From the IMG/VR virus record IMGVR_UViG_3300024520_000105, positions 1 to 51,052 of that record: 51,052 nt of DNA; one strand, 5' to 3'. The notes under the pieces are model-generated. The model made no database searches, was not told where the DNA came from, and worked only from the letters and a program-made list of their open reading frames with translations. The position numbers and the translations under genes are program-made. Positions within the stretch are counted from its first letter, which is position 1, and each line of letters opens with the position of its first letter. Positions 25,468 through 34,395 of this stretch are shown piece by piece. This DNA is from a virus (Duplodnaviria; Caudoviricetes).

Positions 25468-25582
25468 TGGTCAGATTAGCACAGCAGCGAGTCATTGGCA
25501 GTTTCCCCACCATGGGGCCGTCCTCACAGCTCGCTGTGTTGCTAGGTCTGACCACCGAAACGCCCCATGGTGGGCTTTTCTT
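25468..25582 (+). ncRNA. C4-like antisense/attenuator structured RNA
   Basis: Long stem 25468-25491 / 25530-25554; loop 13-mer complementary to the hairpin 25562-25574, which precedes a T-tract. Confidence 0.5.
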
Positions 25583-25966
25583 ACAAAGAGCAGATACCAG
25601 GATTCTAAGCCCAGCTCGCTCTGTCAAGACATAGGTTACCACGCTGCCGATATTAGAAATAGCGTGGGTGCGCCTCGCAAATGGTGCTGGAAATGTCTAT
25701 CAGAGGTTGACAACCAGCTAACCAAGGACTACCCGATAAGGGAGCAAGAAAATCCTTGGGAGGGAGGCAAGCAGGAAGCAAGGTTTCGGGCCAAGACTCC
25801 GCCAGCCCGTGAAAGCGACCCTGCAGGATTTATGAACCGTTCGGACTATACCGAAAAGGGACAGGATTTAGAAGCGCATGACCAGACTTCCTTATTTCTA
25901 AGGAAGAACCTCTGGTCTGCCCGAAAGGGACAGGCAACTAAAACAAGCTTAAGTAAAAGGTTAGTA

Positions 25967-26407
25967 ATGATAAGGCCGAGACTCTACACAATCTACATTC
26001 TGCAAGCTGGGGCAATGGATGCCTACAAGGTGGGATTCTGTTCTGACATAGCCAATTTACCAAGCAGGAGAGCTACCCTGCAAATAGGGTGTCCTGAGAC
26101 ATTGCATTTTGTGGGTGTTATATGCCCCGTCAAGGGGAATGGTGAGCAAGCAGCACATGAGGGCATGGCTGAGTGGCGAATACGAGGCGAATGGTATCGC
26201 CTTAACCCGCTAATGATAGACTTATTGGAACTAGACGTTAATTGGGCCAATGTGGTCAATGACCTATGTGTGCCCAAAAAGCCCTCTCGCAAGACCATGA
26301 ATAGTATGGCCGAGGGGGTATTGCGATACTGGAATGGGTCCTGTAACCGTCCGTGTGGGAATGAGCGCCGTGAGCCGTTTCCTTACCCCCCAAAGGAGGC
26401 TAAATGA
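25967..26407 (+). CDS. T5orf172/MUG113 (GIY-YIG-like) domain protein
   Basis: IYILQ...YKVGF...RRATLQIGCP...EQAAH...RIRGEWY. Confidence 0.75.
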   Translation: MIRPRLYTIYILQAGAMDAYKVGFCSDIANLPSRRATLQIGCPETLHFVGVICPVKGNGEQAAHEGMAEWRIRGEWYRLNPLMIDLLELDVNWANVVNDLCVPKKPSRKTMNSMAEGVLRYWNGSCNRPCGNERREPFPYPPKEAK

Positions 26408-26622
26408 GCGCAGACAACTATGTGACGGTTCGCAGGTTCGGTGCGGGGGATTACAGGTGGGCCATGTTCTCCGCATCCTGTGACAGTCCCGACGTGACCG
26501 ACAAGGTGTTTGGTGAAGCATCGTTTGCATCGCCTGGATTGGCAGCAGAGAATGCCAACCAAGAATGTATGATTATAGAGTATGGGGTAAGGTTTGAGGC
26601 CAACTGTCTCAAGGGCGGCTAA
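26404..26622 (+). CDS. Hypothetical protein
   Basis: MSADNY...IEYGV; GGAGG RBS. Confidence 0.65.
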   Translation: MSADNYVTVRRFGAGDYRWAMFSASCDSPDVTDKVFGEASFASPGLAAENANQECMIIEYGVRFEANCLKGG

Positions 26623-26650
26623 CCCCACCCCAGCCAGAAAAGGGAGCAAA

Positions 26651-27220
26651 ATGAAACGCTATTGGACAGCCGACCCCCATTTAGGCCATAGCAATATCAT
26701 AGGCTATTGCGATAGACCTTATAGGGATTGCCACCACATGAACACCAGGCTCATAGATGAGGCTAATATGCGGGTTAAGCCTGACGATGTATGTGTATGT
26801 GTGGGCGATTTCTGTGTTAGGGGCGGCCAAAAGGCTAGAGACTGGTCTGCAAGGCTTAATGGCAACTGGGTATTCATTCGTGGCAACCATGACAAGAACA
26901 ACGGGGTTAAGACGCTATGTGACTGGATGTTTGTGAGGATTGGGCAATTCAAGGTGTTTGTTTCCCATATCCCATACTTCTATACGCAAGAGGAGCGTAC
27001 AGCTAAGTATCTATTGCCCCAATCATTGATAGACGTGGTAGAGTCAACGTGTGACTTTGCAGTATGTGGGCATGTGCATGAAAAGTGGGGTGTATGTATG
27101 GATGGGGCGATACCAACGATAAATGTGGGTGTGGACGCTAGGAGCTATAGACCAATGAGCGATGATGAGCTGTTGGGGGTATATGCAGCCCACCCCCGCC
27201 AAGCAAGGGAGATAGGATGA
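26651..27220 (+). CDS. Calcineurin-like metallophosphoesterase
   Basis: DPHLGH, GD, GNHD and GHVH motifs. Confidence 0.9.
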   Translation: MKRYWTADPHLGHSNIIGYCDRPYRDCHHMNTRLIDEANMRVKPDDVCVCVGDFCVRGGQKARDWSARLNGNWVFIRGNHDKNNGVKTLCDWMFVRIGQFKVFVSHIPYFYTQEERTAKYLLPQSLIDVVESTCDFAVCGHVHEKWGVCMDGAIPTINVGVDARSYRPMSDDELLGVYAAHPRQAREIG

Positions 27221-27399
27221 TATACTTAAAGATGTTTATTGCGTTATTGGCACTGGGGCTAGGTATTGGCCCTGTATTCTTGGAGTGGGAGTTTAGTTGG
27301 GTGGCAATACGCAGCGTGGTGCTTATTTGTGGGGCAGGGGCAATCGTGGCTGAGGCAACGCTTCCCCCACCCAGCGAGACAGGCAAGGTGGCTGAATGA
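27217..27399 (+). CDS. Small membrane protein
   Basis: Two hydrophobic segments. Confidence 0.5.
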   Translation: MIYLKMFIALLALGLGIGPVFLEWEFSWVAIRSVVLICGAGAIVAEATLPPPSETGKVAE

Positions 27400-27602
27400 T
27401 AGCCCCCACCCCAGATAATTCATACAACACTAATGGTGTGCTAGACTACCTGTTTGAAGAGCATGCATTCAATAGGCTCAAAGATAGTGACGTAAAGGCC
27501 CTGTCAGAGCTTACAGGCATAGACTGTGAGGCATTGTGTAGGCAGCATGGTATAGTGTATTGGTTGGGCGAACCTAAGTGGGAGGGGCAAAATGACGAAT
27601 GA
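27396..27602 (+). CDS. Hypothetical protein
   Basis: ATGA coupling. Confidence 0.55.
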   Translation: MIAPTPDNSYNTNGVLDYLFEEHAFNRLKDSDVKALSELTGIDCEALCRQHGIVYWLGEPKWEGQNDE

Positions 27603-27903
27603 CGATAAGGTTAGGCTGATAGCGGAGGAGGGCGTGATGAATTGGAGATGTAGCGACTGCATCAACTTGGATAATCCCACAGGGATGTCTGTCAGTCCTT
27701 GCTACCAATGCAAGTGGATGGATGATAGGCCCGACAACTATCATGCAAAGCCGAAGCCACGCAAGCGATGTGAAACGTGCAAGTATTCTGCAATAGACCC
27801 CCTCGACGCCAGTTCGATATGTATGAGCAAATCTGACAAGGTATGCAAAGTCGGGCATCGGGCGGCCTGGTGCAAGCAATCGCCCCCCAAGAAAGGAGCC
27901 TAA
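27592..27903 (+). CDS. Cys-rich hypothetical protein
   Basis: Multiple CxxC. Confidence 0.55.
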   Translation: MTNDDKVRLIAEEGVMNWRCSDCINLDNPTGMSVSPCYQCKWMDDRPDNYHAKPKPRKRCETCKYSAIDPLDASSICMSKSDKVCKVGHRAAWCKQSPPKKGA

Positions 27904-28044
27904 ATGATAACATTCATCTTAATGCCTAAACAGTCTCTAAACGATAATAAGAAATGCCCGAACAACCTATATGTTCATTGGAGTGAATAAGATGCGGAGA
28001 ATAATAGGGGTAATCTCCGCAAGAAAGGAGCCTAAATGATAACA
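27888..28044 (+). repeat. 25 bp direct repeat caagaaaggagcctaaatgataaca (27888-27912, 28020-28044)
   Basis: Directly visible. Confidence 0.85.
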
Positions 28045-28227
28045 GCATGTGAGCAAGAGGGTGTATGTGAGATGGTGCAGTCAAGGATACCGTTTGATGA
28101 GGACATAATGGCTATAAACATATTGAGGCTATGGGATAAGGGAAAGATAGAGAGGTTTGCGAGGTACTTGTTGGGCGATGTGATAGTTAGCAAAACGACA
28201 GATAAGAGTGCGAATAAGGAGGACTAA
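28036..28227 (+). CDS. Hypothetical protein
   Basis: AAGGAG RBS. Confidence 0.55.
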   Translation: MITACEQEGVCEMVQSRIPFDEDIMAINILRLWDKGKIERFARYLLGDVIVSKTTDKSANKED

Positions 28228-28229
28228 AA

Positions 28230-28466
28230 ATGGGATGCGACTACTGCGAACCAGATGATTGTTCCTGCTACCCGATATGCGACAGGTACAACAAAGCAGA
28301 ACAGAAACAGGTCGAACTGAAAGAACACAGCAACTACCCGAACTGCCTTGATTGCCAGTTCTACAAGTACGAGTTTGAGGAGCAGAAGTGGGATGGCTGT
28401 TCAAGACATCCAGATTTCAAGTGTTCCGAGGTCACGCACTGCGAACACTACCAAGATGCAGTTTGA
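28230..28466 (+). CDS. Cys-rich hypothetical protein
   Basis: GGAGG RBS; CxxC. Confidence 0.55.
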   Translation: MGCDYCEPDDCSCYPICDRYNKAEQKQVELKEHSNYPNCLDCQFYKYEFEEQKWDGCSRHPDFKCSEVTHCEHYQDAV

Positions 28467-28495
28467 CCTCTTAACGACAGAAGGGAGAGGATAGC

Positions 28496-28687
28496 ATGAG
28501 CGAACCAGAAGAAGTGGTAAGGATACAGGTATATCAAGACAGCCCTGCGTCAAGTGCTGGCCTGAATGTGACGTTCAAGGACGGCAATGTGACCAAGCGG
28601 GTTGAGCGTAGGCTGGCAAACATCAAAGATAGATACGACTTGGCTGGGTGGTTTAGGAAGATGGCAGACGACATATCGAGAGCATAA
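28496..28687 (+). CDS. Hypothetical protein
   Basis: ORF track; RBS. Confidence 0.55.
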   Translation: MSEPEEVVRIQVYQDSPASSAGLNVTFKDGNVTKRVERRLANIKDRYDLAGWFRKMADDISRA

Positions 28688-28718
28688 CCCCCGCCCAAAA
28701 TAACCCAAAGGAGACACA

Positions 28719-29276
28719 ATGAAACACACACTACTCATAGCACTAATACTGGCAACTGGCTGTGGCTCGGTAAACTACGACAAGCTACAGGCTAAAGCCG
28801 AAAAGAAGCTAGGCCAAGAGATAGACGAAATCTTTAACCCCGCCCCCACCAGGGATACAGGGCCACAGGACGCCATAGACATGGATAAGGTCAAGTGGTG
28901 CTATGGCATGGCCCCAAAGAACCTACCTATCCAATACGCCATAGAGAATGCAAGGTATGGTGGTATAGGCTTAGAGTGGGATGGCAATGTCCCGCCCCAC
29001 TACAAGGGCATATCTAAGGGCTGTAACGCAGCTCTAGGCTTTGTAGTAAAGATAGACGAGAGTTACTATGGGGCATGGGGTGAGCAGGTTAGGGTTAAGC
29101 TCAATAATCAGACATTGGCGTTATTCCATAGCAGGGATGGGCTGACGTTTAAGGAGCCATTAGAGGAGTATAGCCATAAGCGCGGGGCAGAGTATTGGAT
29201 AGGTACGGCTTGTGGTGTATGTGCATTTGAGGGGCGGGCGAATCATGGCAGAAGCAACTTTATTAGGCTTAAGTAA
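28719..29276 (+). CDS. Lipoprotein
   Basis: MKHTLLIALILATG-C lipobox. Confidence 0.7.
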   Translation: MKHTLLIALILATGCGSVNYDKLQAKAEKKLGQEIDEIFNPAPTRDTGPQDAIDMDKVKWCYGMAPKNLPIQYAIENARYGGIGLEWDGNVPPHYKGISKGCNAALGFVVKIDESYYGAWGEQVRVKLNNQTLALFHSRDGLTFKEPLEEYSHKRGAEYWIGTACGVCAFEGRANHGRSNFIRLK

Positions 29277-29361
29277 TGCACACGCTTGAGATCGGGTTCG
29301 CATTAGGCTTTCTGTGTGCTTGCTGGATTTGGTGGATGGTCGTTAAGGCTAAGGAGGAGAA

Positions 29362-30024
29362 GTGAAAGCATATTATCAGGATAGCTATTGTACGATATAT
29401 CACGGGGATTGTAGGGAAGTGTTGCCAGAGGTGGGTGACGTGGATTTAGTGTTGACCGACCCACCTTATGGGGTGGGCAAGCTTGTGGGCGGGATTTCCA
29501 AGGCTCGCAACAAGAACCATTATGCGTCACACGACGATACAGAAGAGTTTGTTGAAACCGTGGTGGTGCCCGTTATTATCACATGCATTGAAAAGGTGCA
29601 GAGGGTTGTTTTGACGCCAGGTTCACGGTGCATGTGGCTATACCCCCGCCCCTACTGCACAGGCGTATTCTATTATCCTGCCGGAGCGGGCATGTCGCGG
29701 TGGGGTTTTAACTGCTGGCAGCCAATCCTTTTCTATGGCAAAGACCCCTATGGTGGCACCTTGGGAAAACACAACGCTAGACGCAGCACTGAGGCGTCGG
29801 ACAAATCTATTGACCACCCGTGCCCCAAGCCCATTGGCGACTGGAAGTGGTTGCTGGACAGGGCCAGCAAGGAAGGCGAAACCATACTGGACCCGTTCAT
29901 GGGCAGCGGAACCACCCTCAGAGCCGCCAAGGACCTACAACGCCACGCTATAGGCATAGAGCTAGAGGAGAAGTACTGCGAAATAGCTGCCAAGCGTCTA
30001 GCGCAGGAGGTGTTGGCCCTATGA
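29362..30024 (+). CDS. DNA methyltransferase (N6-A/N4-C, beta class)
   Basis: DPPY; HPCPKP; DPFMGSGTT. Confidence 0.92.
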   Translation: MKAYYQDSYCTIYHGDCREVLPEVGDVDLVLTDPPYGVGKLVGGISKARNKNHYASHDDTEEFVETVVVPVIITCIEKVQRVVLTPGSRCMWLYPRPYCTGVFYYPAGAGMSRWGFNCWQPILFYGKDPYGGTLGKHNARRSTEASDKSIDHPCPKPIGDWKWLLDRASKEGETILDPFMGSGTTLRAAKDLQRHAIGIELEEKYCEIAAKRLAQEVLAL

Positions 30025-30149
30025 TTCTCTCGCACTTTCTAAAACCGCCTTCTCAAATTCTCAAGCATGATAGGGTCTATGAGCCGCTTTGCAACCACTT
30101 ATGACTATTAGGCCACTTGGCACAGACATTGCATTAACTAGGAGACACG

Positions 30150-30332
30150 ATGAAAGACAAAGACCACTTAGGCGAATACGTAACGCCTGCAATGATAGCA
30201 GCAGCCAAGCTGGCTCAGTCCCGCAAACGCCCGCCCAAAAAGAAATGGTATCTACGCTTCCTATACTGGGCAGGCAAGACATACGCAAAGGCTGTGGTAA
30301 CTAAGGCGATTAAGGAGCAGGTGGATGATTGA
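30150..30332 (+). CDS. Hypothetical protein
   Basis: AGGAG RBS. Confidence 0.55.
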   Translation: MKDKDHLGEYVTPAMIAAAKLAQSRKRPPKKKWYLRFLYWAGKTYAKAVVTKAIKEQVDD

Positions 30333-30717
30333 TTTGAAGTTTAGGATGTGGGTAGGAGGCAGGATGCACTATTGGGGGTTCATCGACAATGCGTTTGTCG
30401 GCCCTGTTGGCGGCAACGGGGAAGCGCTAGACCAAGACGAGAAGCGTGAGCGCACCATGCAGTACACGGGCCTAAAGGACTCACAGGGTGTCGAGATATA
30501 TGAGGGGGATATAATAGCTTTCGGCGACAGGGTTGGCGATACAGACATAGAAGGAGGCGTTGGCCCTGTGGTGTGGGGTTCGTGCGGGTGGTACGTTAAA
30601 GGGTTCTATTACGGATGCCAAGATGACCCGTGTTGTGCATTCTCGGAGAAGGCAACCCTTGAGGTGATTGGCCACATATACGAATCGCCCACCCCAACAG
30701 AAAGCCCCGCCCAATGA
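30325..30717 (+). CDS. YopX family protein
   Basis: KFRMW...MQYTGLKD..GVEIYEGDI...EVIGHIYE. Confidence 0.9.
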   Translation: MIDLKFRMWVGGRMHYWGFIDNAFVGPVGGNGEALDQDEKRERTMQYTGLKDSQGVEIYEGDIIAFGDRVGDTDIEGGVGPVVWGSCGWYVKGFYYGCQDDPCCAFSEKATLEVIGHIYESPTPTESPAQ

Positions 30718-30878
30718 AAACCATACCAGGCCCCAACTCAAAGTCATGGCCCCCACCCGAAATAGCCACCTGTAAGTCTATGGACCATACCCCTAAAACA
30801 AGGGAGCTATGGAGCATTCATGTCCACGAAACCAGTTGCAAGGTGTGCGGTTGGCGTTATATAAGGGATTCGAGCTAA
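30714..30878 (+). CDS. 54 aa Zn-binding hypothetical protein
   Basis: Hand translation ...SCKVCGWRYIRDSS. Confidence 0.5.
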   Translation: MKTIPGPNSKSWPPPEIATCKSMDHTPKTRELWSIHVHETSCKVCGWRYIRDSS

Positions 30879-31691
30879 ATGGCTGATAAACTACTCATAG
30901 CCCCTGAAGCTGGCCGATTCTATGACCGTGAGGGCAATCACGTCTACGAGGTCAAGAAGGCGGACGGTAAGGGAACGACTACGCCCAACATCATCCACGC
31001 CCGCAAGTTTGGGTTAGTGCCTAGCGTTACGACTGTGTTGGGCCGCATAGCTAAGCCTGGCTTGGATAGGTGGAAGGCTGCTAACTACATCAGAACCGCA
31101 ATGGCCACCCCAAGGAAAGCCCTAGAGTCTGAAGATGACTACATTATCAGGGTAGCCAGAGAAGCTAACAGCGTGGCAGGTAAGGCCGCTGAGCGGGGCA
31201 CAGACATACACTTTGGCCTTTACGAGCATATGTTCGACGGGACCATATCAGACGATAGAGCCATCAGGAACGCTTGTGAGCAGGTTAAGGCGTGGCTGAA
31301 AGAGCAGAATGCTGAAGTGGTACACTTAGAGAAGGCCATGATTGACGTTGATATTGGTGTAGCTGGGACGGCAGATTTGGTGGCCGAATCCCCCACCCAT
31401 ATCCTATACGGAGACTACAAATCGGTAGACCTATCCAAATACAAGAAGCCATACTACGAACAGGGGCTACAGCTAAGTGCATACAAGCTCATGGATAAGG
31501 CTGAGAAGCCCTGTAAGCTGTGGCAGATACCATTGGATAGAGAGAGCGGTGAGTGCCAGTTCTTTGACTGGGACGATATGGCGTGGCCTATAGAGGCGTT
31601 AGAGATTGGCTTCAAGTCGGTAGTGAAGGAGTGGCAGGTATGTAATAAGTATGTACCTAAGAACTGGAAAGAAAAAGGAGGTAGTAAGTGA
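30879..31691 (+). CDS. PD-(D/E)xK/Cas4-like exonuclease
   Basis: PSVTTVL, RGTDIH, AGTADL, DYKS and QLSAY motifs. Confidence 0.85.
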   Translation: MADKLLIAPEAGRFYDREGNHVYEVKKADGKGTTTPNIIHARKFGLVPSVTTVLGRIAKPGLDRWKAANYIRTAMATPRKALESEDDYIIRVAREANSVAGKAAERGTDIHFGLYEHMFDGTISDDRAIRNACEQVKAWLKEQNAEVVHLEKAMIDVDIGVAGTADLVAESPTHILYGDYKSVDLSKYKKPYYEQGLQLSAYKLMDKAEKPCKLWQIPLDRESGECQFFDWDDMAWPIEALEIGFKSVVKEWQVCNKYVPKNWKEKGGSK

Positions 31692-32371
31692 GTCTGACAG
31701 CAAGCAATGAAGGTACTGGCAAGGATTATGACCCTGTTCCCGCAGGAGTTCATGCAGCAACGTGTGTGCGGTTGTTCGATTTGGGCACCCACCACAATAC
31801 GGTGTACGACAAGTATCAGCCCAAGCTGATGATATGTTGGGAATTGCCCGATGAGACAATGGAGATTGAAGTTGATGGGGTGACAGAGACAAAGCCTCGT
31901 TGGGTCAGTCAGGAATACACCAACAATCTGGGCGATAAGGCCAACCTGAGACACATGCTGGAGTCCTGGCGTGGCGTCCCATTCACACCAGAAGAGCTAC
32001 AGGGCTTTGACCTGAGCAAGCTGTTGGGTGCGCCTTGTCAGATACAGGTGACGCATAAGCCTACTAAGAAGGGCAAGATATGGGCTAACGTGCAGAATGT
32101 GATGGCGTGTCCTAAAGGGATGGCGGTGACCAAGCCAGCAGATGAGCCTACGCTGTTTGAGATGCCTGAGAATGGCGACATAGAAGTGCCAGCAGATGTG
32201 CCAGCATGGATAGGTCGCAAGATACAGGACAGCGAGGAGTTCAAGGAGCGTGGTGTTGGGGCAGTCCCGCAGGACCAGTCAGCAGAGAACAGGGTAGAGC
32301 AGTCAGACCTTGATGCTGCTAATGACCAGTTCAACAATGACGCTGATGAAGACTCAGAATTGCCTTTTTAG
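31688..32371 (+). CDS. Phage ssDNA-binding/replication protein
   Basis: GVHAATCVRLFDLGTH; acidic tail ending ELPF. Confidence 0.75.
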   Translation: MSLTASNEGTGKDYDPVPAGVHAATCVRLFDLGTHHNTVYDKYQPKLMICWELPDETMEIEVDGVTETKPRWVSQEYTNNLGDKANLRHMLESWRGVPFTPEELQGFDLSKLLGAPCQIQVTHKPTKKGKIWANVQNVMACPKGMAVTKPADEPTLFEMPENGDIEVPADVPAWIGRKIQDSEEFKERGVGAVPQDQSAENRVEQSDLDAANDQFNNDADEDSELPF

Positions 32372-32378
32372 GTGACCC

Positions 32379-32810
32379 ATGCCTAGACGCAGAAAGAAAG
32401 ACAAACGCCCCTTAGCCGAAAGAAAGGCTGACCCGACCAGCAATTACTGGGACGACAGAGCGATGACGCTTTGGGGCGAGATAGTGCGAACTAAAGGCAC
32501 ATGCGAGAAATGTGGGCGAGTTGGCAGAGTTGAGGCACACCACCTGATAACACGGGCAGTCAAGTCTCTATGTCACAAGATAGAAAATTCTATCGCACTC
32601 TGCTTTCACTGCCATAGGGTTGAGCCAGGCTCGGCCCACGAAGACCCCGTGGTGTTCACTCAATGGCTAAACAACGTCAAGCCAGACCAATACCAGTGGG
32701 TTATGGAGAACAAACACAAGATTCGTAAGCCCGATTTCAAGCAGGCTTATGAGGACTTAGTAGAAATCAAACGACTTTCTGAGCAAGCCGCACCTAATCA
32801 GGGCAGCTAG
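32379..32810 (+). CDS. NinG-like HNH recombination nuclease
   Basis: CEKC...EAHH...NSIALCFHCH. Confidence 0.75.
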   Translation: MPRRRKKDKRPLAERKADPTSNYWDDRAMTLWGEIVRTKGTCEKCGRVGRVEAHHLITRAVKSLCHKIENSIALCFHCHRVEPGSAHEDPVVFTQWLNNVKPDQYQWVMENKHKIRKPDFKQAYEDLVEIKRLSEQAAPNQGS

Positions 32811-32985
32811 ACTTAGAATACGGGCCTAGCATGATGGCGGAAGCCTACTGCTGGGAATTTACGGGGGTTAGCAGCAATGAGTAATAAAAGCTATTCTAGC
32901 ATGGCGATGCATCATACAAGACCTGCTAGTTTCTCTGGGTGGTCGCTCCACCCCTGCGCCCCCAAGGGATTTAGAGGAGAGCATA

Positions 32986-33189
32986 GTGTCTAAAACCAAG
33001 GGAATCCATCGCACCCTAAAGGTGCCAGAGCCTGTGGATGACATCATCGTGGGCATACAGGCTACGAACAAGTGGACATGGAGCAAGTCTGCCATATTCG
33101 CTATATGCTTGGGGCTAAGGATGACCGAGAAAGAGATAGAGACTAAGTATGGCGATTTCTTTAGAAGCCATTGCAAGGAGGAGAAATGA
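32986..33189 (+). CDS. Small putative DNA-binding (RHH-like) protein
   Basis: RTLKVPEPVDD...SKSAI; GAGGAG RBS. Confidence 0.45.
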   Translation: MSKTKGIHRTLKVPEPVDDIIVGIQATNKWTWSKSAIFAICLGLRMTEKEIETKYGDFFRSHCKEEK

Positions 33190-33362
33190 GCGGTATCTCA
33201 GACCACGCAACATGCCAGACTGAGGGCTGCGACGCCATTATCCCGCCCGATGCTGCCATGTGTGAGCGATGCGGCATGAAGGAGACTATTAGGCTCCAGG
33301 TGCTAAAGATAGAGGAGCTAGAGGCAGAGGTAGTAATGTGGAAGGCTAGGGTGCTGGTATGA
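33186..33362 (+). CDS. Small Zn-finger protein
   Basis: CQTEGC...CERC. Confidence 0.5.
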   Translation: MSGISDHATCQTEGCDAIIPPDAAMCERCGMKETIRLQVLKIEELEAEVVMWKARVLV

Positions 33363-33745
33363 CATGCCTAGAGTGTAAGTGGTTTGTGGTAGGTGCGACC
33401 TTTGGTGCTGGCCCTGTGAACTATTGTAACAGATACCCGCACTACTTCCATAGGCGAGACGAGGACCCTGCTTGTGGCGAGTTCAAGCCAGCCAAGGCCG
33501 CCCCAACCAAACGCTTCGTCCCGCCCACCACAATAGAGGTAAAGGAATACGCTGAGTCTATAGGCTATAGGCTAGACGCAGAGGCGTTCTGTAGCCACTA
33601 TGATAGCAATGGCTGGAAGGTGGGCAAGAATAAGATGAAGGATTGGCGGGCGGCTGTTAGGACATGGAAGCGCAATGCTACCCCTGACGAGCTAGTAGGC
33701 AATGATGGCTTTGATTTGAGGGAACTTAGGAAGGAGGGGGCGTGA
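33359..33745 (+). CDS. Replication initiator C-terminal-like (helicase loader) protein with N-terminal Cys motif
   Basis: KRFVPPT..EV...YDSNGWKVGKNKMKDWRAAVRTW. Confidence 0.7.
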   Translation: MTCLECKWFVVGATFGAGPVNYCNRYPHYFHRRDEDPACGEFKPAKAAPTKRFVPPTTIEVKEYAESIGYRLDAEAFCSHYDSNGWKVGKNKMKDWRAAVRTWKRNATPDELVGNDGFDLRELRKEGA

Positions 33746-34395
33746 GCAAGCCATACTACCAAGACGATTACTGTACTATATATCACGGGGACTGTAGGGA
33801 GGTTCTGCCTACACTGGACAAGGTGGACCTAGTGTTGACGGACCCGCCTTATGGGATATTCAAAAACGTAGGCGGTTCTGGCGTTATGTTTGGGCAACCA
33901 ACCATATACTCAGACGACGATAGCGCGGCAGAATGGGATAAGAGGCCAAACAAAGCAACGCTACTTTTGGTTAGGGACAAGGGCGTTCAGTATGTCATCT
34001 GGGGCGGCAACTACATGGCCGACGCGCTGGGTGCGTGTAAGGGCATATTGATATGGGACAAAAAAACGGGGAACAATAGCTATGCAGACGGTGAGTGTGC
34101 TTGGTCTAATGTGGCAGGAACAATGCGTATTCTACATCATCAATGGTGTGGCGCGTTTAAAGACAGTGAGCGCGGACATAGGGCTGTTCACCCCACACAG
34201 AAACCAATAGCGGTTATGGCTTGGTGTATTACGCTAGCCGACAATCCCGACACCATCCTAGACCCCTTCATGGGTTCAGGCACGACCTTAAGGGCGGCAA
34301 AGGACCTACAGCGTAAAGCCATTGGCATAGAGTGCGAAGAGAAGTATTGTGAGATTGCGGCCAAGCGATTGGCCCAAGAAGTATTGCCCTTATGA
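33742..34395 (+). CDS. DNA methyltransferase (N6-A/N4-C, beta class), paralog of 29362..30024
   Basis: DPPY; HPTQKP; DPFMGSGTT. Confidence 0.92.
   Translation: MSKPYYQDDYCTIYHGDCREVLPTLDKVDLVLTDPPYGIFKNVGGSGVMFGQPTIYSDDDSAAEWDKRPNKATLLLVRDKGVQYVIWGGNYMADALGACKGILIWDKKTGNNSYADGECAWSNVAGTMRILHHQWCGAFKDSERGHRAVHPTQKPIAVMAWCITLADNPDTILDPFMGSGTTLRAAKDLQRKAIGIECEEKYCEIAAKRLAQEVLPL

Noticed and set aside
25388-25966. N-terminal 193 codons of ORF 25388..26407 as protein
   Set aside because: TTG start, no recognisable motif, and it overlaps a promoter and RNA structures; the recognisable domain starts at ATG 25967. Not fully excluded.
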